Assembly (NCBI GenBank): GCA_030704615.1
Contig: CM060734.1
Span: 5,456,001 to 5,520,000, forward strand
DNA length: 64,000 bases
From: Takakia lepidozioides
Lineage: Eukaryota; Plantae; Bryophyta
Direction: 5' to 3'
This document shows, piece by piece, positions 63,166-64,000 of this stretch. A program made the translations under genes and the position numbers. The notes under the pieces were generated by a model. The model ran no database searches. It was not told the origin of the DNA and saw only the letters and a list, made by a program, of their open reading frames with translations. Position 1 is the stretch's first letter. Each line of letters starts with the position of its first letter.

Positions 63166-64000
63166 TGTATCCCCTCTCCTGGAGGTTTTATTTTCTCGGT
63201 TCCATTTGTGAAAGAGATCACAACTTCTTGCTGACTTGTAATATAATAGTCTCCTCTATCAAATGTACTAGAGCTGGATGCTGTCAGTTGAAGAAGGGTT
63301 TTATCACAGCATCTTACCTTCGCACAGTGTGGTGATTGAGCCCTGGCACCTAGGCTCACAAAATATCAATTTTTACTTGGCATGCATACAGTGGTCAGAT
63401 GCACAAGCTTTTTCTTCAGCTTTAGACAGATAGCTCCCTGGGTCAGTGCACTAGGCCCACCACATGGTAGGTCTGGGTTCGGGTCCCTTCCTGGCCTATG
63501 TTGAAAGCTTTAATGGACAGTGTGCCCAGAAGGTGTTGGGGGCTACATGCTGCCAAATTGATTACCTAGGATCTGCCAAATGTCTAGGGGACCATCTTGT
63601 AACAATCAAGGAGGCAGTTATGATCAGTTGGCGTCTTTTGTCCTTGTTTCTTTTTTGTGGGTGTTCCTTGACAAGCGGAGCAGACTGAGCACAACTGGGA
63701 GATGGTGTCAAAGGCTAGTGCTAGCCCTGGACCTCTGCGGCTGCTGCAGCAATGCCCAGAAAGCGGTGCATCACTGATGATAGGCACGTTGATTGAAGGG
63801 TTACATGGTACCGATGGCGTCAATACCTCGGACCATTGCCAGGAGCATGTATGCTCCTTCTCATTCGATGAGGTGCCTGCTTACTTTCTGTGCATCTTTG
63901 CATGTGTGAATTGCTGACTCAAAGGTGAGCATGTTAATGTCCAACAAGCATCCAGGACTAAGCTGCTTTGCTTGCATGAATCTCTTCATTACAAGTAGAC

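Overview
Eukaryotic nuclear DNA from a land plant, probably a non-seed plant: it has spliceosomal introns, a BES1/BZR1 gene, a PLS-E-DYW PPR gene and plant-type LINE and Ty3/gypsy elements. Only one gene looks intact, a two-exon BES1/BZR1 transcription factor (33459-35491). The rest is transposon debris and pseudogenes: an L1-type LINE with its RT deleted, an RLE-type non-LTR fragment, tandem and foldback repeats, FAM185A/DUF4097-like and PPR-DYW pseudogenes, and intron-containing fragments of PA200, RAD23 and glutathione reductase. The standout is two decayed copies (about 16.5-23.5 kb and 49.3-55.0 kb) of a Ty3/gypsy retrotransposon with domain order gag-protease-DNMT3-like C5 cytosine methyltransferase-RT-RNaseH-integrase-PHD finger. 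The element thus carries both a DNA-methylation writer and a chromatin reader. The two copies have complementary deletions, so together they reconstruct the full MTase. All calls come from reading motifs by eye, with no database searches, and boundaries are approximate unless splice sites or termini are quoted.
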